DNA of 42,640 nucleotides from an uncultured Mageeibacillus sp. (lineage in GTDB: Bacteria > Bacillota > Clostridia > Saccharofermentanales > DTU023). The DNA is taken from NCBI GenBank assembly GCA_964345335.1, contig CAYFQU010000003.1, positions 4,294-46,933 on the forward strand. Reading direction: 5' to 3'. Below are positions 18,974 through 27,877 of the stretch, piece by piece. Every line of letters begins with the position of its first letter. The stretch's first letter is position 1. Under the pieces are notes generated by a model. It saw nothing but the letters and a program-made list of their open reading frames with translations. It searched no databases and was not told the DNA's origin. Position numbers and translations under genes: made by a program.

Positions 18974-19387
18974 CTATTCTGTGACATGCAGGTCTTTTTT
19001 CATATAATCAATCGTGACCTGCGGATCCGTTCCCGGTGGGAAAACACGATCAAAGCCCATTTGATAAAAACGCTCTTTCACTTCTTCAAAAGGTTGTTTT
19101 CCAACAACGATATTGCCTCCTACATAGAGCAAAATACCCTTTAAACCGGCTTCATCACATTTTTCTCTCAAGCCGCGGCAATCGAGTTCACCATGTCCGT
19201 ATAATGAAGACACCAGAATTGCATCAGCATCAGTTTCAATAGCGGCAGCTATAAATTCTTCCTGCGAAACCATCACTCCTAAATTCGTTACAGCGAAACC
19301 GGCTTCACTAAAAGCAAAATCCAGAATTCTGATACCGACCGCATGCACATCCGCCCCGATCACTCCCATTACGACTTTTTTCTTCAT
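18974..19387 (-). CDS. glmS: Glutamate mutase sigma (S) subunit, B12-binding
   Basis: 137 aa with the DxHxxG cobalamin-binding motif (DVHAVG). Near-identical in length and sequence to clostridial GlmS/MutS. Confidence 0.9.
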   Translation of the reverse strand: MKKKVVMGVIGADVHAVGIRILDFAFSEAGFAVTNLGVMVSQEEFIAAAIETDADAILVSSLYGHGELDCRGLREKCDEAGLKGILLYVGGNIVVGKQPFEEVKERFYQMGFDRVFPPGTDPQVTIDYMKKDLHVTE

Positions 19388-20430
19388 ATTTGATGTATGC
19401 CTCCATTCATTTGCATTCGTTTTAAAGTTCTTTTTTTATCATCGATTTTTTCCAATAGATAATGTAATGACCCATTTTCAGCGGTCAACTGAAAGTCAAT
19501 AATTTTTCCTTTATTCCTTTGATAATTTTTTAGCCGGCTGATTATCTGCTGTGAAGAAACATAAAGCAGATTACTTGGTAAAAATATATAATTTACCTTA
19601 TCTAAAAAGGTATCGATCTGATCATCATTCAGCAGGCAAATCAGCGGCTCTTTTTCAGGCTGTACTAAAGCGACAATTTGTTCTTTCATCAAATCGGCAA
19701 AGCTCATCGTATGAGTCAAAATGCCGATTTGTTTCTTTGCTCTGACCGATGCCATCTCCAAGACCGTTTGAGGGGTCAGATTCAAGCCTAATATCAAGAT
19801 GTCGATTGAAACATGATAAGAATTGAGCAAAGTACTGATTCTTTGATAATTATCTGTTGTCGTCAAAATCGCATCTAAATTATCCAACAAAACATCTCCC
19901 GAATAAGCGAGTTCATCGATCGGATAACGATATGTTTCCAGATTGGATATTCCTGTTAAGTAATTTTGCAGGATTGTACGAATTTCAGAAGATTCCGCCA
20001 CAATACCGATTTTTAAATTTTCTTCACTTTTTTCGCGTTCGCGCATTTTTAAATCAAAATAAATTTGTATTTCACGATCGGAAAAACCTAAATTTTCAAA
20101 AGTTTCCAGCATATTGTCCAAAGCTGACAAAGCTTGGTCTTTACGGCTGACATCGGTTGTTTCCTGTGGCTTGATAAAAGATCCCTTGCCGGTTATTCGA
20201 TAAATATAGCCATTATTTTCCAAATAATTGTAACTTTGTTGTATTGTACCGCGCGCAACGTCTAAAGAATCCGCCAAAGCTCTGACGGAAGGCAATTGTA
20301 TTGTCGCGGCCGATAAGTCTGTTTGATCGGCTTCAATCAAATCAATGATTTGCTGTGCAATTTGCAAATAAATCGGATTTGCGTCTTCAGCATTGACCTT
20401 TATGTTTGTTACATCAAATATCTTGCTCAT
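19384..20430 (-). CDS. GntR-family transcriptional regulator with a C-terminal domain of about 250 aa that I cannot assign
   Basis: 348 aa. The N-terminal winged helix-turn-helix ([41 protein letters not shown]) is GntR-type. The C-terminal region matches none of the standard GntR effector domains that I can recognise by eye. It is embedded in the operon: an ATGA overlap with glmS and a 1-nt gap after the hydratase beta gene. Confidence 0.65.
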   Translation of the reverse strand: MSKIFDVTNIKVNAEDANPIYLQIAQQIIDLIEADQTDLSAATIQLPSVRALADSLDVARGTIQQSYNYLENNGYIYRITGKGSFIKPQETTDVSRKDQALSALDNMLETFENLGFSDREIQIYFDLKMREREKSEENLKIGIVAESSEIRTILQNYLTGISNLETYRYPIDELAYSGDVLLDNLDAILTTTDNYQRISTLLNSYHVSIDILILGLNLTPQTVLEMASVRAKKQIGILTHTMSFADLMKEQIVALVQPEKEPLICLLNDDQIDTFLDKVNYIFLPSNLLYVSSQQIISRLKNYQRNKGKIIDFQLTAENGSLHYLLEKIDDKKRTLKRMQMNGGIHQI

Positions 20431-20431
20431 T

Positions 20432-21037
20432 TTATTCCTGTATATCGGTCAAATTGAATGGAGCAGACTTATTTTGTTGCTTTATTTGCGCTAAATATTG
20501 CCGCGGCCCTTCTTCATATAAATTAGTACCCCAACTGTCGACAATAACTGTTAAAGGCATTTTTTCCACTGTCAGACGACGTACGGCTTCTGTTCCCAAA
20601 TCTTCAAAAGCGATAATCTCCGCTTTTTTAATCGACTTTGCCAAAACAACCGCCAAACCTCCTACCGCACCGAAATAAACCGCTTTATTTTTGATCATTG
20701 ACGCGATCACAGATTCCGATCTGCGCCCCTTGCCGATCATGCCTTTTAAACCTAAATCAAGTAATGCCGGCGCAAAGGCGTCCATCCGATAGGCAGATGT
20801 CGGTCCGGCTGAACCGATCACCTGTCCCGGGACAGCAGGTGTAGGACCGACATAATAAATGACTTGTCCTTGTGGATCAAAAGGTAGTTCTGCACCCTGA
20901 TCCAATAATTCAATGAAACGTTTATGAGCGGCATCTCTTGCTGTATAGAGAATACCTGATAAATAAATACGATCCCCAGCCTTTAAGCTCGCTATCAAAT
21001 CATCATTTAAAGGCGTTGTCAGATAATGCTCCATCAT
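20432..21037 (-). CDS. Class I fumarate hydratase-type Fe-S hydro-lyase, beta subunit (candidate mesaconase subunit)
   Basis: About 202 aa. The tartrate/fumarate hydro-lyase beta domain is recognisable (LKAGDRIYLSGILYTARDAAHKRF, GMIGKGRRS). The start is placed at the ATGATG that overlaps the alpha gene's stop codon (ATGA), with a GGAGG ribosome-binding site 7 nt upstream. The ORF track's longer 20432..21070 ORF has no ribosome-binding site. Confidence 0.75.
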   Translation of the reverse strand: MMEHYLTTPLNDDLIASLKAGDRIYLSGILYTARDAAHKRFIELLDQGAELPFDPQGQVIYYVGPTPAVPGQVIGSAGPTSAYRMDAFAPALLDLGLKGMIGKGRRSESVIASMIKNKAVYFGAVGGLAVVLAKSIKKAEIIAFEDLGTEAVRRLTVEKMPLTVIVDSWGTNLYEEGPRQYLAQIKQQNKSAPFNLTDIQE

Positions 21038-21873
21038 AATTCCTCCGTAGCATGTCTCGCGACATGGCATTGAATATTAACAGCGACTGGCAAGCCTGCT
21101 ATATGTGTCGCATAAGTATTGATCTTAACCGCCAGAGCTGTAGTGGCACCGCCGAACCCCTGCGGTCCGATCCCCAAGCAGTTGATTTTCCGGAGCAGAT
21201 CTCTTTCCATAGCAGCGTAAAAAGGATCGCTGTTCAGATCATCCATTGAACGCAACAGGGATTTTTTCGCCAAAAGAGCCGCACGGTCAAATGTACCGCC
21301 GATGCCTACCCCTACGATCAGCGGCGGGCAGGCATTGGGCCCTGCCTCTTTGACCACCTGCAGGATAAAATCTTCAACCCCTTTTTTCCCGTCAGATGGC
21401 TTGAGCATTTTAATCTGGCTCATATTTTCACTGCCGAAACCTTTCGGAGCGACCGTTATTTTCATTTTATCGCCGGGCACCAAGTCCATATAAATCACGG
21501 CAGGTGTATTGTCATTCGTATTGGTTCTGCGCAAAGGATCGGCGACAACACTTTTTCTTAAATAACCTTCCGCATAGCCTTTGCGTACTCCTGCATTGAC
21601 CGCCTCTTCAAGATTCCCGATCAGATGTATCTCCTGACCTATTTCTAAAAACACAACTGCCATACCTGTATCCTGACAGATCGGCATATGTTCCCGTTCA
21701 GCTAACTCAAAATTATTTTGAATATCCTGCAGAATATTTTGAGCGATGCCCCAGGATTCACTCTCTCCCGATCGTTTAATTTGAGCTCTGACATCAAGCG
21801 GTAAATCAATATTTGCTTTCATACATAAACTAGCAATCGGTTCGATCAATTCTTCGACATAGATCGTTCTCAT
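21034..21873 (-). CDS. Class I fumarate hydratase-type Fe-S hydro-lyase, alpha subunit (candidate mesaconase subunit)
   Basis: 279 aa tartrate/fumarate hydro-lyase alpha domain, with conserved cysteines (CQDTGMAV, GIGPQGFGG, CHVARH). It sits at the head of the glutamate mutase / methylaspartase operon. Class I fumarases are the known mesaconases of the methylaspartate pathway. Confidence 0.75.
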   Translation of the reverse strand: MRTIYVEELIEPIASLCMKANIDLPLDVRAQIKRSGESESWGIAQNILQDIQNNFELAEREHMPICQDTGMAVVFLEIGQEIHLIGNLEEAVNAGVRKGYAEGYLRKSVVADPLRRTNTNDNTPAVIYMDLVPGDKMKITVAPKGFGSENMSQIKMLKPSDGKKGVEDFILQVVKEAGPNACPPLIVGVGIGGTFDRAALLAKKSLLRSMDDLNSDPFYAAMERDLLRKINCLGIGPQGFGGATTALAVKINTYATHIAGLPVAVNIQCHVARHATEEL

Positions 21874-21890
21874 CTAAAGCTCCCTTTACA

Positions 21891-21926
21891 GTGATATAGT
21901 ACGGTTTATACAATGTACTATGTCAC
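21891..21926. promoter_or_regulatory. Inverted repeat GTGATATAGTAC-N12-GTACTATGTCAC in the leader of the operon
   Basis: 12-bp arms matching at 11 of 12 positions, spacer 12 bp, read directly from the sequence. It lies 18 to 53 nt upstream of the first start codon of the operon, just upstream of the GGGAG ribosome-binding site. Each arm begins GT and ends AC, as GntR-type operators do. Confidence 0.4.
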
Positions 21927-22009
21927 ATTAAAATTATATTAAAAACATCCATCAGGAACGCTTGTCTATTTCGTATGAAATCAATAAAAAAACAGAGAGA
22001 TTTTGTGCG

Positions 22010-22049
22010 GAATAAGAAAAGCCGACAAATCATAAAGATATTGTCGGCT
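22010..22049 (-). terminator. Rho-independent terminator after ahpF; could act in both directions
   Basis: Perfect 9-bp stem AGCCGACAA/TTGTCGGCT with a 12-nt loop, followed by TTTTCTTATT on the minus strand and by ACGTTTTTAT on the plus strand. Confidence 0.65.
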
Positions 22050-22080
22050 ACGTTTTTATAAAATTTTGACAAAAGAAGCA

Positions 22081-23619
22081 TCAGCTATTTCTGATTAAAT
22101 AATCGAAGGCACCTAATGAAGCGATCGCACCGCTGCCCATGGAAATCATAATCTGTTTATAGGCAACAGTCGTACAGTCTCCCGCTGCAAACACTCCGGG
22201 CATACTGGTCTGACCATGTGCGTCGATTTCAATTTGTCCCATGTGATCCATCTTAACCCGATCCTTAATCCATTCCGTATTCGGTTTCAAACCGATTTGC
22301 ACGAATACACCAGCTAAGTCAAGATGTGTTTTTTCATCGGTTTCCCTATCCTTGAAGGTAATCCCGTTCACTTTGTTTTCACCGGTTATTTCAGTTGTCA
22401 CCACATTGGTAAATATTTCAACATTGGGCAGAGAACGCAAACGCTTCTGCAAAACTTGATCTGCTTTCAGCTCCGGTAAAAATTCGATCAAAGTTACTTT
22501 ATTGACAATACCCGCCAGATCAATCGCCGCTTCCACGCCGGAATTTCCGCCGCCGATCACAGCGACATCTTTGCCTGCAAACAGAGGACCGTCACAGTGC
22601 GGACAATAGGCAACGCCTTTCGTTTTAAACTCTTTTTCGCCCGGAACATTGATATCTCTCCAATGGGCACCTGTCGCAATAATGACAGTTTTCGAGATCA
22701 GATAAGCACCGGAAGCCAAAAGAACTTTGATTCGTTTATCTTCTAATGTTTCCAAATCAACAATATCATGCCCTTCAAAGAGCTCAATATTGTATTTTTC
22801 CACATGCTTACGAATTTGCTGCATCAGCTTAGGCCCTTCAGTGTATTCCACACCAATAAAGTTCTCTATGCCTAGGGTATCATTCACTTGACCGCCGAAA
22901 CGCTTCGTAATGATACCGGTACGAATGCCCTTTCTGGCAGCATAAATAGCCGAGCTGCAACCAGCCGGGCCTCCGCCAATCACCAAAACATCAAAGGGTT
23001 CAACATCGTCGAAAGAAACTTCTTCCTCATCGGCGATCAGATCGATCAATTCATCCAAAGTTTGTCTGCCGCTGGCAACTTGTATATCTCCGTCGAATAC
23101 CGCAGGCACTGCCATGATTCCCCTTTGCTCTGCGAGATCCTGAAACATACCACCTTCAACCATCGTATGAGAAATCAAAGGATTTAACACAGACATAATA
23201 TTCAAGCCCTGTACAACATCCGGACAATTATGGCAGGTCAAACTGGCAAAGGTTGTAAACTCATGCTTGGAATGAATCTTCTCAATTCTCTTTCTTTGCT
23301 CATCCGAAATCTTAGGAGCACGCCCTCCGACTTGCAATAAAGCCAATACAAAGGACTCGAATTCATGACCTAAAGGGATTCCGGCAAAAGTAATACCCGA
23401 AGCCTCTTGACCTTTCTGATTGATCTGAAAACTGGGCGTATACTCAAGCTGTGCTTCTTCCATACTTAATTTATCTGAAAGCTCAATAATCTCCTGCAAA
23501 AACTGTTTGGTTTTTTGGGAATTTTCACTTTCATCTAAAGATGCATGAAAGACGATCGGATTTTCCAATAATTCTAAATATTGTGATAATTGTTGTTTAA
23601 GCTTTGTATCCAAACTCAT
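22081..23619 (-). CDS. ahpF: Alkyl hydroperoxide reductase subunit F
   Basis: 512 aa. The N-terminal thioredoxin-like domain carries the CHNCPDVVQ redox motif. The C-terminal half is a thioredoxin-reductase-like FAD/NAD domain (GGGPAG, CPHCDG, GGGNSG). Confidence 0.85.
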   Translation of the reverse strand: MSLDTKLKQQLSQYLELLENPIVFHASLDESENSQKTKQFLQEIIELSDKLSMEEAQLEYTPSFQINQKGQEASGITFAGIPLGHEFESFVLALLQVGGRAPKISDEQRKRIEKIHSKHEFTTFASLTCHNCPDVVQGLNIMSVLNPLISHTMVEGGMFQDLAEQRGIMAVPAVFDGDIQVASGRQTLDELIDLIADEEEVSFDDVEPFDVLVIGGGPAGCSSAIYAARKGIRTGIITKRFGGQVNDTLGIENFIGVEYTEGPKLMQQIRKHVEKYNIELFEGHDIVDLETLEDKRIKVLLASGAYLISKTVIIATGAHWRDINVPGEKEFKTKGVAYCPHCDGPLFAGKDVAVIGGGNSGVEAAIDLAGIVNKVTLIEFLPELKADQVLQKRLRSLPNVEIFTNVVTTEITGENKVNGITFKDRETDEKTHLDLAGVFVQIGLKPNTEWIKDRVKMDHMGQIEIDAHGQTSMPGVFAAGDCTTVAYKQIMISMGSGAIASLGAFDYLIRNS

Positions 23620-23628
23620 AGCAAATCC

Positions 23629-24192
23629 TTAAATTTTTCCGACTAAATCCAATCCCGGTGCTAATGTTTCACCGTTTTCTCTCCATTTTGCAGGACATAC
23701 TTGACCGGGGTTATTTCTGACATATTGTGCAGCTTTTACTTTGTTGATAAAGTCAGCTCCGTTTCTGCCGATACCGTCTGCATTGATTTCAACAGCTTGA
23801 ATGACTCCATCCGGATCAATCAGGAATGTAGCACGTTGAGCCAAACCTGTCTCTTCATCACAGACATCCAATTGACGTGATAAAACTCTTAAAGGATCGG
23901 CCAGCATAACATATTCAATTTTGGAAATAGCATGCGATTGATCATGCCAGGCTTTATGCACAAAATGGCTGTCCACAGAACATGAATAAACTTCAACGCC
24001 TAAACTTTTAAATGTTTCATAGTTATCTTGTAAGCTTTCCAACTCGGTTGGGCAAACAAAAGTGAAATCAGCAGGATAGAATGCTAAAAGATTCCATTTA
24101 CCCATAAAATCTTCGTTTGTCACTTCAATAAATTCATCATTATGATAGGCATGCACCTTAAATTCTTCTAATTTTTTTCCAATAATCGGCAT
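23629..24192 (-). CDS. ahpC: Peroxiredoxin AhpC
   Basis: FTFVCPTEL peroxidatic-cysteine motif. The start is set to MPIIGKK (187 aa), which has a perfect AAGGAGG ribosome-binding site. The ORF track's 217-aa version carries a 30-aa N-terminal extension with no ribosome-binding site. Confidence 0.85.
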   Translation of the reverse strand: MPIIGKKLEEFKVHAYHNDEFIEVTNEDFMGKWNLLAFYPADFTFVCPTELESLQDNYETFKSLGVEVYSCSVDSHFVHKAWHDQSHAISKIEYVMLADPLRVLSRQLDVCDEETGLAQRATFLIDPDGVIQAVEINADGIGRNGADFINKVKAAQYVRNNPGQVCPAKWRENGETLAPGLDLVGKI

Positions 24193-24325
24193 AATAAAAT
24201 TCCTCCTTAATTTGCGTTTATTGACAAATGAAGTATAGCATATCATTTTTCCTAAATTAAATACGCCTGTTTTCTGTACCATTTGTGCCTATATTATTAA
24301 GGAGAAAAAATAAGGAGAAAAAATT

Positions 24326-24970
24326 TCAGATTTTTAATTTCGCACGGTTTCGGGCGATGAGTTGATCGATCAAACGCTGTAAAGCTCGGAAAAGAATTAA
24401 ATACAGCAAAGGGAAAAAGATGCTGACCAAAATAACGAACAGAACAACCAGACCTCCTATGATGATACCGCTCGCCACTGATGCGATCGTACTGCCTAGA
24501 CTGCCCAAAAAGTTAAATACATCCCCGCTGAAAACCATAATTTTATCAAAGATAATCAGAAAAGCATCTGAATAATTAGAAATATCAAGAGAAAGATAAG
24601 GGACAAAAAACTGAATAAAAGCCGCAAATAAAAATAAATATTGCAAGATATAGCCCAGAAGAATCAGCAGGCGCAAACCGATATTTATTCTATAATATTG
24701 TGCAGCGGCAAAAGGCAAAGCGATTAACAGTAAAAGCCCGACCATTAAGTTGACAGGCAGAGAAAAGCGGATCAAGAATGCAAATTTATCAGGAAAAAAA
24801 GCATTGGACAAAGTGAACAGAAATACAATCAAGCTGATCGTTATAAAAAGAAAATGATGTCTGCGATCATGATAATCGGAATCAGTCCAATATTTACCTA
24901 AAAAAAAGCCTTCCCAATACTCCATTTTACTTTTAGTACTCCGTTTTACAATATTATAATTTAAACTCAC
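24326..24970 (-). CDS. Hypothetical polytopic membrane protein
   Basis: 214 aa, 5 to 6 predicted transmembrane segments, no recognisable motif. It overlaps the upstream 125-aa gene by 17 nt. Confidence 0.5.
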   Translation of the reverse strand: MSLNYNIVKRSTKSKMEYWEGFFLGKYWTDSDYHDRRHHFLFITISLIVFLFTLSNAFFPDKFAFLIRFSLPVNLMVGLLLLIALPFAAAQYYRINIGLRLLILLGYILQYLFLFAAFIQFFVPYLSLDISNYSDAFLIIFDKIMVFSGDVFNFLGSLGSTIASVASGIIIGGLVVLFVILVSIFFPLLYLILFRALQRLIDQLIARNRAKLKI

Positions 24971-25331
24971 GCCTGGCTATTTTTTCAATCGCCAGCGTCA
25001 CTTTTCGCCAGTCCTCAGTCGTTATATCATAGCCTTTAATTTCAATTTTATCTTCAGCCTTGCCGGCCTGAATTGTCCAGACATATTCTTTCGGCGTATC
25101 CGGTTTCTCTATGCTTTCAGCTTTATTTGTCTCAATAAAATCAAACAAGATTTCCTTTACCGGATCAATCTGATGTTTCGGCAAACCTCGCACAAAATTA
25201 TTATACCAATGATTGCTGTCTTTCCACGATAAAATATTAGAAGTAAAGTCAAAATGAATCGTTATATATCCCTTCTTATAGCCTGATAGTTCACAAACAA
25301 CCCATGTATATTTATCTGTTTTTCCTGTCAT
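24954..25331 (-). CDS. Hypothetical cytoplasmic protein
   Basis: 125 aa, no signal peptide or transmembrane segment, no recognisable motif. Translationally coupled to the downstream membrane protein. Confidence 0.45.
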   Translation of the reverse strand: MTGKTDKYTWVVCELSGYKKGYITIHFDFTSNILSWKDSNHWYNNFVRGLPKHQIDPVKEILFDFIETNKAESIEKPDTPKEYVWTIQAGKAEDKIEIKGYDITTEDWRKVTLAIEKIARREFKL

Positions 25332-25464
25332 CTTCTCTGCTTTTGGCCTTTCTTATCCGTTTTCAGTATGATTTTAAGTTTTGATCCGTCTATTGTCAGT
25401 CACAGTTTTCAAGGCAATCGACCAAAGCTTTTTTATTTTATCTGTTACCCGGCAAAAATTTTCT

Positions 25465-25926
25465 TCAAATCATATTCGGAAAACCCTGCTGTCTTAATAC
25501 CTCATACAAAACAATGGAAACGGAATTTGCTAAATTTAAAGACCTCTTATGTTCCGTCATCGGTATTCTAATACAACGCTCTAAATGCGTAAATATCAGA
25601 GGCTCAGGCAAACCTTTATCTTCTTTACCGAAAAATAAAACACTTTCCTCTGGATACGCTAAATCTGTATAACTTTGTTTGGCTTTTGTCGTTACAAAAA
25701 AAGTCGGTTTATCTGCCAAGGCGCGCAAACAATGATCTAAATCAGGCCAAATCTCTAAATCCAGATCGAACCAATAATCCAATCCAGCTCTTTTCACTGC
25801 TTTATCCGTTATGGAAAAACCGAGCGGCTCTACAAGATGCAGCTTAGAATTTGTTGCAACACAGGTTCTGGCAATATTCCCGGTATTCTGCGGAATGACC
25901 GGCTCAACTAATACGATATGATTCAT
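25465..25926 (-). CDS. trmL: tRNA (cytidine(34)-2'-O)-methyltransferase TrmL (SpoU family)
   Basis: 153 aa. The size and motifs of the minimal SPOUT methyltransferase (IPQNTGNIARTC, NSVSIVLYE). Confidence 0.75.
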   Translation of the reverse strand: MNHIVLVEPVIPQNTGNIARTCVATNSKLHLVEPLGFSITDKAVKRAGLDYWFDLDLEIWPDLDHCLRALADKPTFFVTTKAKQSYTDLAYPEESVLFFGKEDKGLPEPLIFTHLERCIRIPMTEHKRSLNLANSVSIVLYEVLRQQGFPNMI

Positions 25927-26016
25927 CTTTTTACACTTTCTATTTCAATCATTTTTATATATTTATTATTTTCTATTCATGACAGTCGCATATGCGATAA
26001 GCTGATTTGTTAAAAT

Positions 26017-26970
26017 TTAAGACCTTGTTTCCTTTGTCCGTAAAGCTTCTGCATATTTCTCAATTTTTTTCAAACGATGATTGACACCGGATTTGCCAAG
26101 CGGCGGATCGGTGATCTCAGACAATTCCTGCAATGAATAATCCGGATAAGCCAGACGTAATTCACCCATGGCTCTTACCGCCTCCGGCAGCTGTTCCCAT
26201 TTTCCCAAAGATTTAATATATTCAATATCCTGAATTTGTCTGGCAACCGCATTCGCTATGCGTTGAGCATTGGCATTATCGCAATTCACAATGCGATTCA
26301 CCCGATTGCGCATATCCTTTTCGACACGGATCTTTTCAAAGGTTAGCAATAGCTGATCCGCACCGATATAACGCAAAAAGTCGGCTATTTTTTCTCCGTC
26401 TTTTAAATACAGCAACTCACTGCCCTGATACAAAATACGCCCCGGTTCCAAGTCGATCTCCGAGAGGAATAAACCGTACCATAAGGAAGTGGAACGCTTT
26501 GGTATGGCAAATTCCAAATTATAGCGCTCTTTCGGATTGGCGATCACACCACAACCCAAGAACAAACCGGATAGTACCGTTTTCACAATTTGATAATATT
26601 CTTCAGGTGATAATGTATCGGAAAAGCCTGCCGGATTATGCAAAAAAAACTGTTCTAAATCATTGAGAACATTCGCTACCAAGTGCTTTTCCGACAATGT
26701 GCAGGTAAACATCGCTTTATGCTTAACAATTCTGGCTTTGCCCTGATATTCTTCTTGAATAATTCGCTCAACAAAGCGAATTAAATCCGCCGAATATGTT
26801 GCGAAACGCAAACTTCTTCCTTGCTCTTTAAACGCAACGCTGCCAAAAGCATGAAAAAGTAAACGCTGATTTCTTTTGTCGAAAGTATATTCCTGCATAA
26901 TGAAATCGCGTACCTGTGCCGAAAAGGTTTTCTTTTGGTCATTTTTACCGGATGATGAAGTTCGCTCCAT
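26017..26970 (-). CDS. whiA: DNA-binding protein WhiA
   Basis: 317 aa with a C-terminal helix-turn-helix. It sits in the conserved position downstream of rapZ. Confidence 0.7.
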   Translation of the reverse strand: MERTSSSGKNDQKKTFSAQVRDFIMQEYTFDKRNQRLLFHAFGSVAFKEQGRSLRFATYSADLIRFVERIIQEEYQGKARIVKHKAMFTCTLSEKHLVANVLNDLEQFFLHNPAGFSDTLSPEEYYQIVKTVLSGLFLGCGVIANPKERYNLEFAIPKRSTSLWYGLFLSEIDLEPGRILYQGSELLYLKDGEKIADFLRYIGADQLLLTFEKIRVEKDMRNRVNRIVNCDNANAQRIANAVARQIQDIEYIKSLGKWEQLPEAVRAMGELRLAYPDYSLQELSEITDPPLGKSGVNHRLKKIEKYAEALRTKETRS

Positions 26971-26971
26971 C

Positions 26972-27877
26972 TTAAAGACCTCCCGCAGGATCGCGTTCTA
27001 TATCTCTATGTTCGAGCAAGACACGATATCCCATGCCCCTGATCATCGCTGCAATTTCTTCGGCTAAGGTAACCGAACGATGCCTGCCGCCTGTACATCC
27101 GATAGCGATCATCAGACGCACCTTTCCTTCTTTTTGATAGGCCGGCAAAGAAAATTCATAAAAGTCACGGCTGAAATGCAAAAATTTTTGCACCTGCTCA
27201 TATTGCAGAACAAAATCTTTAACAGGTTGATCAAGACCTGACATCGGTCTGAGGTTTTTATCATAAAAAGGATTGGGCAAGAAGCGCACATCAACGACTA
27301 AATCAGAATCCAACGGAATACCGTATTTAAATCCGAAGGACTGTACCAAAATCGTCATATATTGATCATTTGAGTCGCTGACCAAAGAATCGTATAAATA
27401 ATCTTTTAAATCAGTTAAAGTCATTTCTGTCGTGTCAATAATAATATCGGAAATGGCTCTGATTTCTCTCAATAATTTTCTTTCTTCCTGAATAGCATTG
27501 ATTAAATTCTTGTTATGCGCTAAAGGATGATTGCGCCGACTTTGTTTATAGCGGGATACCAATACATCATCGGCTGCTTCCATAAATATAATTTTATGTT
27601 CAATACCTTCCGGAAACATTTTTTTAAAATCCGCCGGAATATTGCCGAAACGCATCAAACTGCGGATATCAATACCGATCGCCATTTTCTGAACACGCAT
27701 ATGCTCTTTTTCATCAGCCGCTATATTCTCTTCCTGTGTGGCAGCGATCGAACGCAAAAGCCCCGGTAATAAACCCGGCGGCAAATTATCGATACAGAAA
27801 TATTCCATGTCTTCCAAGGCGCGCATCGCTGCACTTTTGCCTGCTCCCGACATACCGGTTATGATAATGATTTCCAT
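26972..27877 (-). CDS. rapZ: RNase adapter protein RapZ (YvcJ)
   Basis: 301 aa. N-terminal Walker A GMSGAGKS and the C-terminal RapZ domain. Confidence 0.8.
   Translation of the reverse strand: MEIIIITGMSGAGKSAAMRALEDMEYFCIDNLPPGLLPGLLRSIAATQEENIAADEKEHMRVQKMAIGIDIRSLMRFGNIPADFKKMFPEGIEHKIIFMEAADDVLVSRYKQSRRNHPLAHNKNLINAIQEERKLLREIRAISDIIIDTTEMTLTDLKDYLYDSLVSDSNDQYMTILVQSFGFKYGIPLDSDLVVDVRFLPNPFYDKNLRPMSGLDQPVKDFVLQYEQVQKFLHFSRDFYEFSLPAYQKEGKVRLMIAIGCTGGRHRSVTLAEEIAAMIRGMGYRVLLEHRDIERDPAGGL

Noticed and set aside
20432-21070. The ORF track's longer hydratase beta ORF, starting MPCRETCYGGIM.
   Set aside because: The first 11 codons overlap the alpha subunit's coding end and have no ribosome-binding site. 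The ATGATG that overlaps the alpha stop has a GGAGG ribosome-binding site and matches the conserved beta N-terminus (MMEHYLTTPL).
24193-24282. A 30-codon N-terminal extension of ahpC in the ORF track ([30 protein letters not shown]...).
   Set aside because: The internal ATG at MPIIGKK has a perfect AAGGAGG ribosome-binding site and gives the canonical 187-aa AhpC. The extension has no ribosome-binding site and probably covers the promoter.
24240-24325. Searched upstream of ahpC for a PerR-type box (TTATAATnATTATAA).
   Set aside because: Only weak partial matches (TTAATAATATAGG). Nothing I would call a PerR site without a position-weight-matrix scan.
25986-25997. A 12-bp perfect palindrome TCGCATATGCGA between whiA and trmL.
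   Set aside because: It is too short and has no loop, so it cannot be a terminator. It could be a protein-binding site, but there is no supporting context. Chance occurrence is plausible in a sequence of this length.
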